Positions 9,114-18,083 of a DNA stretch of 64,000 bases are shown piece after piece. Numbering within the stretch: position 1 is the stretch's first letter; every line of letters starts with the position of its first letter. The translations under genes were made by a program, and so were the position numbers. Under the pieces are notes generated by a model. The model searched no databases, had not been told where the DNA came from, and saw only the letters and a list, made by a program, of their open reading frames with translations. Source of the stretch: a virus; the IMG/VR virus record IMGVR_UViG_3300028840_004786, one strand, 5' to 3'.

Positions 9114-9385
9114 AAAAATCAAAAGGAAAAAATGATCCAGTAACAACATTGGGTTTGAATTTTTTAGATTATTGGAATAAAGTAAAACCAAAAGACGAAA
9201 CTGCCGCATTTGTTATTTTCGAATCTGTAAAGAACGCTTACTTTGCTGGGGCCGGAGATATGGCTTATATAACTCACAGGCTTGCAATGCAGAAGAAACC
9301 ATCAAACGCAAAAGTACTTGAAGATATATATCAAGAGATTGAGATATATTTCAAATCACAAATAGAAACTTACAAGGGGGATTGA
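9110..9385 (+). CDS. hypothetical protein
   Basis: 91-aa ORF with an ATGA overlap to the upstream gene. Confidence 0.5.
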   Translation: MKKSKGKNDPVTTLGLNFLDYWNKVKPKDETAAFVIFESVKNAYFAGAGDMAYITHRLAMQKKPSNAKVLEDIYQEIEIYFKSQIETYKGD

Positions 9386-9612
9386 TGAATATTCCACAGA
9401 TTGTGATCTATATGTTTGTCGCTATTGGAGCATATTTTACTCTCCTTGTAGCAATTTACACTCTCGCGAGAATAGTTACAACAGCGATTGCGAGAAGTTG
9501 GTATGAAGTAAAAATCAAATTAATAAAGGAGGCTTATCATGAAAAAGTCAAAAAGAACAAAGAGAAAAAGTTCATTGGAAAAAGGTCGTTCGAAGAGAAG
9601 AGCAACGGGTGA
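9382..9612 (+). CDS. small membrane protein
   Basis: N-terminal hydrophobic helix IVIYMFVAIGAYFTLLVAIYTLA. Its 3' end overlaps the SSB start by 74 nt. Confidence 0.45.
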   Translation: MMNIPQIVIYMFVAIGAYFTLLVAIYTLARIVTTAIARSWYEVKIKLIKEAYHEKVKKNKEKKFIGKRSFEEKSNG

Positions 9613-10795
9613 TGGCCTAATGAAGAGGGTTCGCATAAGTAAGAAGCGAGCAAAAGGACTTGGAAAAAATGTTTTAAAACCCGGACTTGATATTCCGATG
9701 TACAGGCCTGGGGATGGTGGACACATAATAGATATCATTCCTTATATTACTGGTAAAAATGATCCTGTCTTAAGTAAAGGAAAAGATAACTACACATACG
9801 AGTATTACTGCCACAGAAATGTTGGTATCGGTGATCTCTGGTTTATTTGTCTCGCCCAAACGTATGGAAAGCCTTGCCCTATATGCGAACACAGAGACAA
9901 ACTTCGAGAAAAAGGTGCTTCCAAAAAAACCTTCAAACCACTCTTTCCACAGCGTCGCAACATGTATAATGTTGTTAGTTACGATCGTGGTGAAGAAAGA
10001 AAAGGCGTCCAACTCTGGGACGTTCCTTGGTTCTATTCAGAAAAACACATCCAAGCCATCGCCATCAAAACTGATAGACGCGGTCGTGAAAAGGAGACAA
10101 ACTTTGCTCACTCTGAGAAAGGAAAGTCAATTCAGTTTACTATTGAACCGCCCAAAGGTAAGGAAGATTATGCTTCCTACGAAGGCTGGTCATTTGAAGA
10201 TCGCGATTACGTAATTAAAAATTCTACACTTGATGGTGCCCATGTCATTGATCAAATTGTCTATGTCCCTTCGTATAAGGAATTAAAAGAAGCCTATTGG
10301 AAAGGCAAAAGTCATACAAAAGATGACGATGACTCAGATATGGATGAAAAATTCCAGGAGCTGATGGATGAAGTTGAAGACCTTGAAGAGATGGAAGACC
10401 TTGAGGAGTTTATTGAAGAAAACGAATTGCAAATCAAAGTCAAAAAATCCGATGATGAAGACGACGTCAAAGAAAAAATCAAAGAAGCACTGGAAGAGCA
10501 GTATAGCTATGAAGATATTGACGACGATGATGATGATGATTTCGATGACGACGATGATGATGATGATTTCGATGATGACGATGATGATGATTTCGATGAT
10601 GACGATGATGATGATGATGATGATGAACCCAAAATGAGCAAAAAGGATATAAAAGCGCTCAAGAAAAAAATCGGTAAAATGAACGAAAAACAAATCCAGC
10701 GCTACATCAAAAAAGAAGATATTGATGTAGACACAGATGACGCTGATGATTTGGAAGACTTAAGAGAAATGGTATTAGACAGTCTTGGCATATAA
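9539..10795 (+). CDS. gp32-like single-stranded DNA-binding protein with extreme acidic tail
   Basis: AAGGAGG 7 nt upstream. Zn-finger-like CH...CPICEHR resembles the T4 gp32 CPVCQ region. The C-terminal third is acidic with periodic D7-F, D8-F, D7-F, D10. Confidence 0.65.
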   Translation: MKKSKRTKRKSSLEKGRSKRRATGDGLMKRVRISKKRAKGLGKNVLKPGLDIPMYRPGDGGHIIDIIPYITGKNDPVLSKGKDNYTYEYYCHRNVGIGDLWFICLAQTYGKPCPICEHRDKLREKGASKKTFKPLFPQRRNMYNVVSYDRGEERKGVQLWDVPWFYSEKHIQAIAIKTDRRGREKETNFAHSEKGKSIQFTIEPPKGKEDYASYEGWSFEDRDYVIKNSTLDGAHVIDQIVYVPSYKELKEAYWKGKSHTKDDDDSDMDEKFQELMDEVEDLEEMEDLEEFIEENELQIKVKKSDDEDDVKEKIKEALEEQYSYEDIDDDDDDDFDDDDDDDDFDDDDDDDFDDDDDDDDDDEPKMSKKDIKALKKKIGKMNEKQIQRYIKKEDIDVDTDDADDLEDLREMVLDSLGI

Positions 10796-10835
10796 CTTAT
10801 AACTTAACTATCCCCCCTTGCGTTAGGAGAGAAAA

Positions 10836-11072
10836 ATGGATATATGGGGTAATATTTATCTCGGCAAAAGGGCAGAGAGCGCAAACGAAGATCACCTGAT
10901 AGCAATACAAGCAACCTTCCATGTCCGCCATCCAGAGGCGGAAACTTATAGAAACGAAGACTTCATTATTGCATTCTCTTCTTTACAAGCCGATGTTGAA
11001 CATGAAGTAAAAAATCATCTTGAAGAAATGTTTAAAACATTGTCAGAATCATGTGTTAGCGAAGAGGAATAA
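10836..11072 (+). CDS. hypothetical protein
   Basis: 78-aa ORF with AGGAGA upstream. Confidence 0.5.
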   Translation: MDIWGNIYLGKRAESANEDHLIAIQATFHVRHPEAETYRNEDFIIAFSSLQADVEHEVKNHLEEMFKTLSESCVSEEE

Positions 11073-11073
11073 A

Positions 11074-11280
11074 ATGGGATATCTTAAAATCAAACTTCGT
11101 GTCTTTGATAGCAAATGGAATACTCTTGCCATTGATTCAAAAATTATTAGAATCAAAAAAAGCTTGGTTGCCGATACTGCATCGGCAACAAAAGAGCTCT
11201 TGGTTACAATGATAAAAAATTACAGGATTAACCAAGAAAAGAAGAAAAAAGGAGAGAAGAATGATAATAGGAATGAATGA
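11074..11280 (+). CDS. hypothetical protein
   Basis: Start moved to ATG 11074 (GAGGAA upstream). 68 aa. Confidence 0.45.
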   Translation: MGYLKIKLRVFDSKWNTLAIDSKIIRIKKSLVADTASATKELLVTMIKNYRINQEKKKKGEKNDNRNE

Positions 11281-11476
11281 TAGAACAAAGTTTTCAAGAT
11301 TACTTACCTCAATACAAGATTGTGGAATTCCAATTGAACAATTAAAAGTTCAAGAAGAAGGACCACTATTAATCAAGATTGGTGGAACAAAGTTTAACTT
11401 CACAAATGATGGAGAATATATATTTCCACCAAGACCAACACTTCTCCAAAAAATTTTTAGGAGATTGGCAAAATGA
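11261..11476 (+). CDS. hypothetical protein
   Basis: 71-aa ORF with GGAGAG upstream. Confidence 0.5.
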   Translation: MIIGMNDRTKFSRLLTSIQDCGIPIEQLKVQEEGPLLIKIGGTKFNFTNDGEYIFPPRPTLLQKIFRRLAK

Positions 11477-12603
11477 GTAAACGGAAAATCAAACGACGGG
11501 ATAAAAAGCGTACAATCAAGCGCCGAAAGCCTACAACCAAAGATAATGTAAGACAAGTAACTCGTAGAAAAAAGAGAATAAATAAACGAGTGGAATTTAT
11601 TAGCTCGGGTTGTATTACATTGAACCTTGCTCTTAGTGGGCTTGGAAAAGCCGGAGGATGGGCAAGGGCAAGAGTAAACAATATTGTAGGTGATGGAAGT
11701 AGTGGAAAAACTTTACTGGCACTTGAATTATGCTTCTGGTTCTGGAAGTTTATTAGATTCGTTAAATCAAAAATATTTCCAAAAGTAAAAAAAGTTATTA
11801 TCTGTTACGATAACGGCGAAGGCGTAATGGACTTCCCTGTTGAGAAAATGTACGGTCAAGAATTTTATGATGCTGTTAACTGGGAAAGAAGTAAAAATTT
11901 TGAGCAATTTTGCCGTCGTTTTCTAAGGAAAGCTTTTTCCTTAAAGAAGGGCGAAGCATTACTATATGTAATTGATAGTTGGGATTCATTCCAATCAGCC
12001 AAAAGTAAAAAGGCTTTCATGGAAAGTATTAAAGATGACACTGAGTTAAAAGGTGACTATGATCTCGCACTTCAAAAATATGCCAGCCGTAAATTCTTTC
12101 CAACCTTCTGTGATATCTTAGAAGAAAATAAAATAGACGCAACCCTTATTATCATAAGTCAAGTCAGGAGTAAAATCGGCGTTACGTTTGGTAAAAAGCA
12201 AACAAGAACGGGCGGAAAAGCACTTGACTTCTATACACATATGGTCGCATGGGTTAAAGAAATCAAAAAACTTGATAAAACAAAAAAAGGTCACAAAAGA
12301 ATTTATGGAATCAGAAGTGAAGCTATGGTCGAAAGATCAAAGGTTGCAAAGCCTTTTAGAAGTGCCGAGTTTACTATCCTTTATGACTATGGTATTGATG
12401 ACATTTCTTCAATGATGGATTTTCTCTGGCCCAAAGGGACAATCAAATTTAATGGAAAGAAATTCAAAACAAAAAATTCCTTCATTAAATATGTAGAAAA
12501 GGAAAACTTAGAAGATGAGCTCATTAAAAAGACGGAAGAAAAGTGGTACGAAATTGAAGCGTCGTTCGAAGATGAAGTCAAAAGAAGGAAACCAAGACAT
12601 TAA
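11473..12603 (+). CDS. RecA/UvsX-family recombinase
   Basis: Walker A GDGSSGKT. RecA-like ISQVRSKIGVTFGKKQTRTGGKALDFY (compare INQIR...GG.ALKFY). Basic N-terminal extension. Confidence 0.8.
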   Translation: MSKRKIKRRDKKRTIKRRKPTTKDNVRQVTRRKKRINKRVEFISSGCITLNLALSGLGKAGGWARARVNNIVGDGSSGKTLLALELCFWFWKFIRFVKSKIFPKVKKVIICYDNGEGVMDFPVEKMYGQEFYDAVNWERSKNFEQFCRRFLRKAFSLKKGEALLYVIDSWDSFQSAKSKKAFMESIKDDTELKGDYDLALQKYASRKFFPTFCDILEENKIDATLIIISQVRSKIGVTFGKKQTRTGGKALDFYTHMVAWVKEIKKLDKTKKGHKRIYGIRSEAMVERSKVAKPFRSAEFTILYDYGIDDISSMMDFLWPKGTIKFNGKKFKTKNSFIKYVEKENLEDELIKKTEEKWYEIEASFEDEVKRRKPRH

Positions 12604-13492
12604 AACAACTATACTCGTCGATGGCAGTTCCGTGGCCTACGCTGCATTTCATTCTGTCGGACACTTATCTTTGGATGGAAGAAAAGTTGGAGTCATATTT
12701 GGATTCTTGAACAAAATTCTTCTTATTGCAGAAAAGTTTAAAACAAATGACTTCATCTTCTGTTGGGATGCAGGAATATCTCATAGGAACACTGACTACC
12801 CAGAATATAAGCTAAAACGATGGAAAAGAAAAGAAGAAATGTCAGATAAAGATAAAAGGGAACGTGAATCTTTATTGGTTCAAATGTTACAGCTCAACCA
12901 CGAGATATTGCCAAAACTTGGTTTTAAAAATAACTTCATTCAAATTAATTATGAGGCCGATGATCTACTTGCTTATCTTGTAAATAAGTTGCATAAAAAA
13001 CGACGCCTCGTAATTGTTACAACAGACGCTGATATGTTCCAATGTTTGGATAAATGTGATATCTTCTTTCCAACAAAAAAGACCATATTTACAAAAAAGT
13101 TAATGATAAAAAAATATGGAACGCCTCCAGAAAAATGGGCACTCGCCAAAGCAATCGGTGGTTGCAATACCGATGGAGTCATCGGTATAACTGGGGCAAG
13201 TGATCCAAAGAATCCGAAATCAAAAGTTCATAAATATCTCAAAGGAGAACTAAATAAGGGAATTATTTTTAATAGAATAGAAAGTCAGCAAGGGCAAGCC
13301 ACTATTAAAAGAAACCTTCCAATTGTAACTCTCCCGTATAGAGAAGAACTTATGAAACGATTTATATTAAGGAGAAATACTTTCTCCAAAAAAAGATTTA
13401 TAAGAGAATTCAGCCGTCTTCGTTTCTTTTCTTTTTTAGAAAAGAAAAAATTAAACAGATGGACAGATAACTTTATTAATGGAGGAAAATGA
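12572..13492 (+). CDS. 5'-3' exonuclease / flap endonuclease (PIN-like, T4 RNase H / Pol I 5' nuclease family)
   Basis: Contains ILVDGSSVAYAAFH and VTTDADMFQC motifs. The start is uncertain (12515 or 12572). Confidence 0.75.
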   Translation: MKSKEGNQDIKTTILVDGSSVAYAAFHSVGHLSLDGRKVGVIFGFLNKILLIAEKFKTNDFIFCWDAGISHRNTDYPEYKLKRWKRKEEMSDKDKRERESLLVQMLQLNHEILPKLGFKNNFIQINYEADDLLAYLVNKLHKKRRLVIVTTDADMFQCLDKCDIFFPTKKTIFTKKLMIKKYGTPPEKWALAKAIGGCNTDGVIGITGASDPKNPKSKVHKYLKGELNKGIIFNRIESQQGQATIKRNLPIVTLPYREELMKRFILRRNTFSKKRFIREFSRLRFFSFLEKKKLNRWTDNFINGGK

Positions 13493-13704
13493 TGCCAAAC
13501 ATTTTTGAAATGATCAACATACTTTCTTCAAAGGTTAAGAACACCGAAAAAGATGCATTAAAGTTTGACGGCGGAAATGCGACTGCTGGTGTTCGTGTTA
13601 GAAAGAACATGCAAGAAATCAAAAAATATTGCAAGTCAATACGGAAACAAATACAGTCAACAAAAAAGAAAAGAAGAAATGTTAAAAAAGCTGAGACTAA
13701 TTAA
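13489..13704 (+). CDS. histone H1-like (Hc1-type) small basic DNA-binding protein
   Basis: KFDGGNATAGVRVRKNMQEIKKYCKSIRKQI resembles the ..GNKAAGTRARKA.QE.K.LA.E.R motif of bacterial Hc1/histone H1-like proteins. Lys-rich C-terminus. Confidence 0.55.
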   Translation: MMPNIFEMINILSSKVKNTEKDALKFDGGNATAGVRVRKNMQEIKKYCKSIRKQIQSTKKKRRNVKKAETN

Positions 13705-14638
13705 CTATAAGGGTTACAAAGACACCACTATATCTTTCTCCCCGACACTAACAGGTATTGTTGGTATATCTGATTCCGGGAAGACAGCTTTGCTTCGTGC
13801 TATAAGACTTGTGAAAGATAATAAGCCAGCTGGATTCAGTTACAAGAGCCACTTTGCAAAGCCCGAAGATAAAACAAAAGTAATTATAGATGTAGATGAC
13901 TCAACTATAGAATTTATGAAGTCATCTAAAGATAAACATTACAAAATAAACAATGGAAAACCCTTCCGTAAAATGAAGCATAGTAATGTTCCGGAAGAAG
14001 TCTCGGCTTTATTAAACATAAAAGATATCAATATCCAATATGAGTTCGATGATCCTTTTCTCGTTCGCGGTTCAAAGCCTGAAATCGCACGAGCAATTAG
14101 CCGTGCAGTAAAAACAGATATCATTGAAAAAGCAAGAACAAAAATTCGCAAAGATGGAAATGACTTAAAAGGAAAGCTAAAATATATTAATGAAGATATT
14201 GAAGATATTGAAGCTCGTTTGGAATCATTAAAGAAACTCGATAAGGTCAAATCTATTATTGAAGAATACATGCAGTTAAAGGAATTGCTTGAAGAAAAAG
14301 AAGAACGATACGAAGATATTCAAACCCTGTTTTCAAAAATCAAAAAGAAGAAGAAAAAGATAAAAAGAACGAAAAAACTTATCTCAAATATAAAGCCATT
14401 ACTGGAAGAACTTTCCAAAATAAATGACAAGGCAAAGCGTCTTAGGAGCAAAAAAGAATTACTTTCTCAAATCAAATTGGAAGAATCATGGATTAAGAAA
14501 ACGAAAGTACTTCATAATCTAAAAATATCCAGTTATATCAAGGCACTTATAGAATTTGGAGAATGTCCAACCTGTTTTGGCGATCTTGACAAAAAAACTG
14601 TAAGGAGAATTAAGGATGAACTCAAAGCAAGAGTTTAA
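13679..14638 (+). CDS. Rad50/SbcC-like ATPase, N-terminal half (Walker A, coiled coil, CxxC hook)
   Basis: Start set at MLKKLRLINYKGY. Walker A GISDSGKT, a long Lys/Glu coiled-coil region, and CPTC 19 aa from the C-terminus. Confidence 0.65.
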   Translation: MLKKLRLINYKGYKDTTISFSPTLTGIVGISDSGKTALLRAIRLVKDNKPAGFSYKSHFAKPEDKTKVIIDVDDSTIEFMKSSKDKHYKINNGKPFRKMKHSNVPEEVSALLNIKDINIQYEFDDPFLVRGSKPEIARAISRAVKTDIIEKARTKIRKDGNDLKGKLKYINEDIEDIEARLESLKKLDKVKSIIEEYMQLKELLEEKEERYEDIQTLFSKIKKKKKKIKRTKKLISNIKPLLEELSKINDKAKRLRSKKELLSQIKLEESWIKKTKVLHNLKISSYIKALIEFGECPTCFGDLDKKTVRRIKDELKARV

Positions 14639-14707
14639 CTACCCCTTTAAAAAATTAAATACCAAGGGGATTCTATGTTTTTTACTTGGAGTCATTTATT
14701 GGTTAGT

Positions 14708-14737
14708 AGTATTGGGGTTTATAGTATTGGGGTTTAT
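14708..14737 (+). repeat. perfect tandem duplication of a 15-mer (AGTATTGGGGTTTAT x2)
   Basis: Copies at 14708-14722 and 14723-14737, in the intergenic gap before the Mre11-like gene. Confidence 0.9.
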
Positions 14738-14764
14738 TTTTTTAGCTATGATGCATGGTGGAAA

Positions 14765-15730
14765 ATGAAGTTTATACTACTCAGCGACATACACGCATCA
14801 AGCAAGAATCCAGTTGGAAGGAAAGATAATATCTTTAAGGCTTTCCTAAACAAGATTGATTTTGTGTTTGAACATATATCAGAAAAAGTAAAAGGCCACT
14901 GCGTAATCCTTCAATCCGGCGACTTTTTTGATAGACCGCGTGATTGGAAAGTTCTATTAGCTATGTTTGAATTACTACAATCACACGATATCTCAATTTA
15001 TACTATTATTGGTCAACATGACTCTTACATGCGCTCAGATATTTATGAAACACCTACAACACTCGGGATATTACAACGAGCCCGTTTACTATCAATACTT
15101 GGCCCAAAACCTGTTATCTTCACGGAGACTTACTATAAAAGGCAACAAATATATGTTTATGGTTGTGGCTGGAAGCAAAAGGTTCCAAAGCCAAAGGGGG
15201 ATATAAATATTCTTGTTATCCATGCTCCAATTTCAGAATCATCTTTATTTCCAGGTCACGATTACATAGATACATTTGATTTTGCTAAAGAAAATAAAGG
15301 TTATGATCTAATATTAGCAGGAGATATACATAGATTATTTGTCTATCTACACAAAAATGGCAGAACTCAAATTGTAAATACTGGACCGATGATGAGGCGT
15401 GAAAGTACTGACTATAACATGACTCATAAACCTTGCTTCTTTATTTGGGATTCAAAAAACTTTTCTCTTGAAAAGATTCAAATTCCACATAAAAGTTCAA
15501 AAGAAGTATTATCAAAAATTCATATCAAAGACAAAACAAGGGAAGAACTCGTTAAAAAATTTGAAAGTATTGCAAATGAATTCGTCATTCCACAAGAAGA
15601 AGATGACTACGAAATAAGGGATCAAATTTTAAAGGAGATAAAAATATATAAAGCATTTGGAAATAAATTTAGTAAAAGAACTGAAGCAATAATTTCAAAT
15701 GCACTAACAGAGGTTGACAATGGATCATGA
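14765..15730 (+). CDS. Mre11/SbcD-like metallophosphoesterase nuclease
   Basis: Calcineurin-like motifs LLSDIHAS, GDFFDR, GQHD and VIHAP. The start at ATG 14765 removes an implausible hydrophobic leader. Confidence 0.7.
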   Translation: MKFILLSDIHASSKNPVGRKDNIFKAFLNKIDFVFEHISEKVKGHCVILQSGDFFDRPRDWKVLLAMFELLQSHDISIYTIIGQHDSYMRSDIYETPTTLGILQRARLLSILGPKPVIFTETYYKRQQIYVYGCGWKQKVPKPKGDINILVIHAPISESSLFPGHDYIDTFDFAKENKGYDLILAGDIHRLFVYLHKNGRTQIVNTGPMMRRESTDYNMTHKPCFFIWDSKNFSLEKIQIPHKSSKEVLSKIHIKDKTREELVKKFESIANEFVIPQEEDDYEIRDQILKEIKIYKAFGNKFSKRTEAIISNALTEVDNGS

Positions 15731-15971
15731 AACACTTTTAAAAGAGATAAAAGAATTAGAGTCAAATCTTGATTATCATAAACGGGATTTGGAGAGGTTC
15801 TACAAGAAGCTCAAGAAAGAATATAAGATAGAACCTGATAAAATAGAAGAAAGCCTTGAAAAAATTGATGGTGAGTTTAAAAAACTCATTGGAAAGAAGA
15901 AAAAATTAAAAAGTAAAATCGAAAAAAGACTTGAGGAAATCAAAAATGCCACACATCTTGGAAGTATATAG
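15714..15971 (+). CDS. coiled-coil protein (possible Rad50 descending-coil fragment)
   Basis: 85 aa, almost entirely Lys/Glu/Leu heptad-like sequence. It overlaps both neighbouring genes. Confidence 0.5.
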   Translation: MTMDHETLLKEIKELESNLDYHKRDLERFYKKLKKEYKIEPDKIEESLEKIDGEFKKLIGKKKKLKSKIEKRLEEIKNATHLGSI

Positions 15972-16563
15972 AGAACTTCTTTCTGAACGAAAGATGTTAA
16001 AAAAGAAATTGACAAAAAAGAAAATACTTTTCCTTAAGCTAAAGCGAGAAATAGAACACCATGACGAAGCACAACTCTTTTTATCTCATCTCGAAAAGAC
16101 AGCACACGAAAAGGTTGTGGAAAAAATCGAAAATCTTGTTACACTTTGTCTCCAGTCCGTATATGAAAAGAACTTACAGTTTAAACTTATCTTCGAAGAA
16201 AAGAGAAACTCCATTGAAGCCCGTCCAGTTATTATTCAAGACGGACATGAATTTGACCCAAAGGAAGATAAAGGTGGAGGAATGTCAGACCTCATTTCCA
16301 TTGCTCTTCGTATTATATTATGGAATCCAAAGAAGCCCGAGTCAAGAAGATTATTTATACTTGATGAACCTTTTAAAAGAGCTGGCGCCTTTTGTCTCAT
16401 GATCGGTCGACTGATAAAATATTTATCGAAGAAATTAAAAATCCAATTTATTATTTTTACTCACGAAGATGATCTTGCAGCTATTTGCGGGAGAATATAT
16501 CGTATATCTAATGATGGTGAGCAATCTAAAGCAAGACTTATTAAAGGATTGAAAAGGAGGTAA
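15946..16563 (+). CDS. Rad50/SbcC-like ATPase, C-terminal half (signature, Walker B, H-loop)
   Basis: Contains GGGMSDLISIAL (signature-like), LFILDEPF (Walker B) and IIFTHEDD (H-loop). ATG 15946 with GAGGA upstream is preferred over TTG 15931. Confidence 0.65.
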   Translation: MPHILEVYRELLSERKMLKKKLTKKKILFLKLKREIEHHDEAQLFLSHLEKTAHEKVVEKIENLVTLCLQSVYEKNLQFKLIFEEKRNSIEARPVIIQDGHEFDPKEDKGGGMSDLISIALRIILWNPKKPESRRLFILDEPFKRAGAFCLMIGRLIKYLSKKLKIQFIIFTHEDDLAAICGRIYRISNDGEQSKARLIKGLKRR

Positions 16564-16565
16564 AA

Positions 16566-16805
16566 ATGCCATCCCAATTAGAATTAGAAGACGTTCAGCA
16601 GTACATAAAAATTATAAATTCTTTATTTCTTAAGATTATTGAGGTTGCGGAACATATTGGAGATAAAAATATGATGGCCATTGCTTCTGGTGCAGCGACA
16701 ATGATTTATGTTCCAGGAGAATTGCAAAAAGAATTTATCGAGCAAATATTTCCAGTAGTCAAAAAAGGAGCTATATATGTCGCGCAAGCGACAGACACAA
16801 AATAG
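16566..16805 (+). CDS. hypothetical protein
   Basis: 79-aa ORF with AAGGAGG upstream. Confidence 0.5.
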   Translation: MPSQLELEDVQQYIKIINSLFLKIIEVAEHIGDKNMMAIASGAATMIYVPGELQKEFIEQIFPVVKKGAIYVAQATDTK

Positions 16806-16856
16806 TAAAGAATGGATCAGAAGCACTTAATAAACTTGTCGAATGGGGGGAAGAAG

Positions 16857-17471
16857 ATGAGCAAAAAAGGGCCGAGACACGAGAGAAATTTTGCAAAGCG
16901 TCTAAGTCTTTGGTGGACAAACGGAAAGAGAAATGATATTTTCTGGCGTACATCAAGTTCAGGTGCGAGAGCTACAGTCCGTGCTAAACAAGGACTTAAA
17001 ACTGCCGACTCGTACGGAGATATAAAAGCCGAACATATTTCCGGGAAGCCTTTGACTTCACAGTCTATCTGGTCTCTTAAAAAGGGTTACAGTGGAAAGA
17101 AAGGAAAGAAAAGTCTACGATGGGCATCAATACTGGACATACTTGATCATCCACCAAAGACAAAAGCAAGCCCAGCTATTGTTTCATGGTGGCGAGAATT
17201 ACTTGAAATACAACATTTCACTGGAAAGAAAAATATATTCCTTGTATTCAAAAGGGACCGTAAAGAAGAAGTAATTGGAATGCAACAATCTACTTTCCAA
17301 GAGCTTGAAAACAAAAATGGGCAATATCAAGGAACTTTCATCCTGTTAAGAGATAAAATGACAAGTATAGTACTTATAACGACAAGTGGTTTCTTTTCTT
17401 GGGCCAAACCAGAAACACTTGGAAAACAAAAACAATCAAGAAAAATAAAAAGAAGGAGGAAAACAAAATGA
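16857..17471 (+). CDS. hypothetical protein, possible Hjc/PD-(D/E)xK-type resolvase-like nuclease
   Basis: KGPRHERNFAKRL...SSSGARAT...GDIKAE loosely resembles the archaeal Hjc pattern. ATGA overlap with thyX. The functional call is weak. Confidence 0.3.
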   Translation: MSKKGPRHERNFAKRLSLWWTNGKRNDIFWRTSSSGARATVRAKQGLKTADSYGDIKAEHISGKPLTSQSIWSLKKGYSGKKGKKSLRWASILDILDHPPKTKASPAIVSWWRELLEIQHFTGKKNIFLVFKRDRKEEVIGMQQSTFQELENKNGQYQGTFILLRDKMTSIVLITTSGFFSWAKPETLGKQKQSRKIKRRRKTK

Positions 17472-18073
17472 AAGTTATTGAACAAAGTTATCAAATTCTG
17501 AGTATTGCGTACAATACTTTATACCAAATCGAAAGAGCTGGAAGAACTTGTTACAAGTCCGAAGAAAAAATATCAGAAGGTTCGGAAATCCATTTCGCCA
17601 AGATGTTAAGAGATTCCGGCCATCACGCAATGCTGGAATTTGGAGACATCGCCGTTAGATTCATTACTAATCGTGGAGTCACACATGAGCTCGTCCGCCA
17701 TCGCTTGTGTAGCTTTGCTCAGGAATCAACCCGATACGTAAAGTATGACGGCCAAATGGAATTTATTCTTCCAGTATGGTGGAACGAAGTCGATGAAGAG
17801 TCGCAAGCAATCTGGATGGAAGCAATGAAAGAATCCGAACAAAATTATCGTATTCTTCGTCGTAAAGGCTGGCGTCCGGAACAGGCTCGGGAAGTACTTC
17901 CAAACAGCCTTAAAACTGAAATTGTAGTAAAGGCAAACACGCGAGAATGGAGACATATCTTCCAACTAAGATGCTCCAGTAAAGCCCATCCACAAATGAG
18001 GGCTCTTATGCGCCCACTTCATAGGGACATCAAAGGAGTAATTCCAATCATCTACGATGACATAAAGTATTAA
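17468..18073 (+). CDS. thyX: flavin-dependent thymidylate synthase ThyX
   Basis: ThyX signature RHRLCSFAQESTRY (RHRxxSxxxxSxR). AAGGAGG upstream of ATG 17468. Confidence 0.9.
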   Translation: MKVIEQSYQILSIAYNTLYQIERAGRTCYKSEEKISEGSEIHFAKMLRDSGHHAMLEFGDIAVRFITNRGVTHELVRHRLCSFAQESTRYVKYDGQMEFILPVWWNEVDEESQAIWMEAMKESEQNYRILRRKGWRPEQAREVLPNSLKTEIVVKANTREWRHIFQLRCSSKAHPQMRALMRPLHRDIKGVIPIIYDDIKY

Positions 18074-18083
18074 GGAGATGCTA

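Noticed and set aside
10334-10693. Poly-Ile (10334-10693, minus) and poly-Met (10368-10637, plus) ORFs
   Set aside because: They are frame-shifted or antisense readings of the GAT/GAC poly-Asp tract of the SSB gene and are not independent genes.
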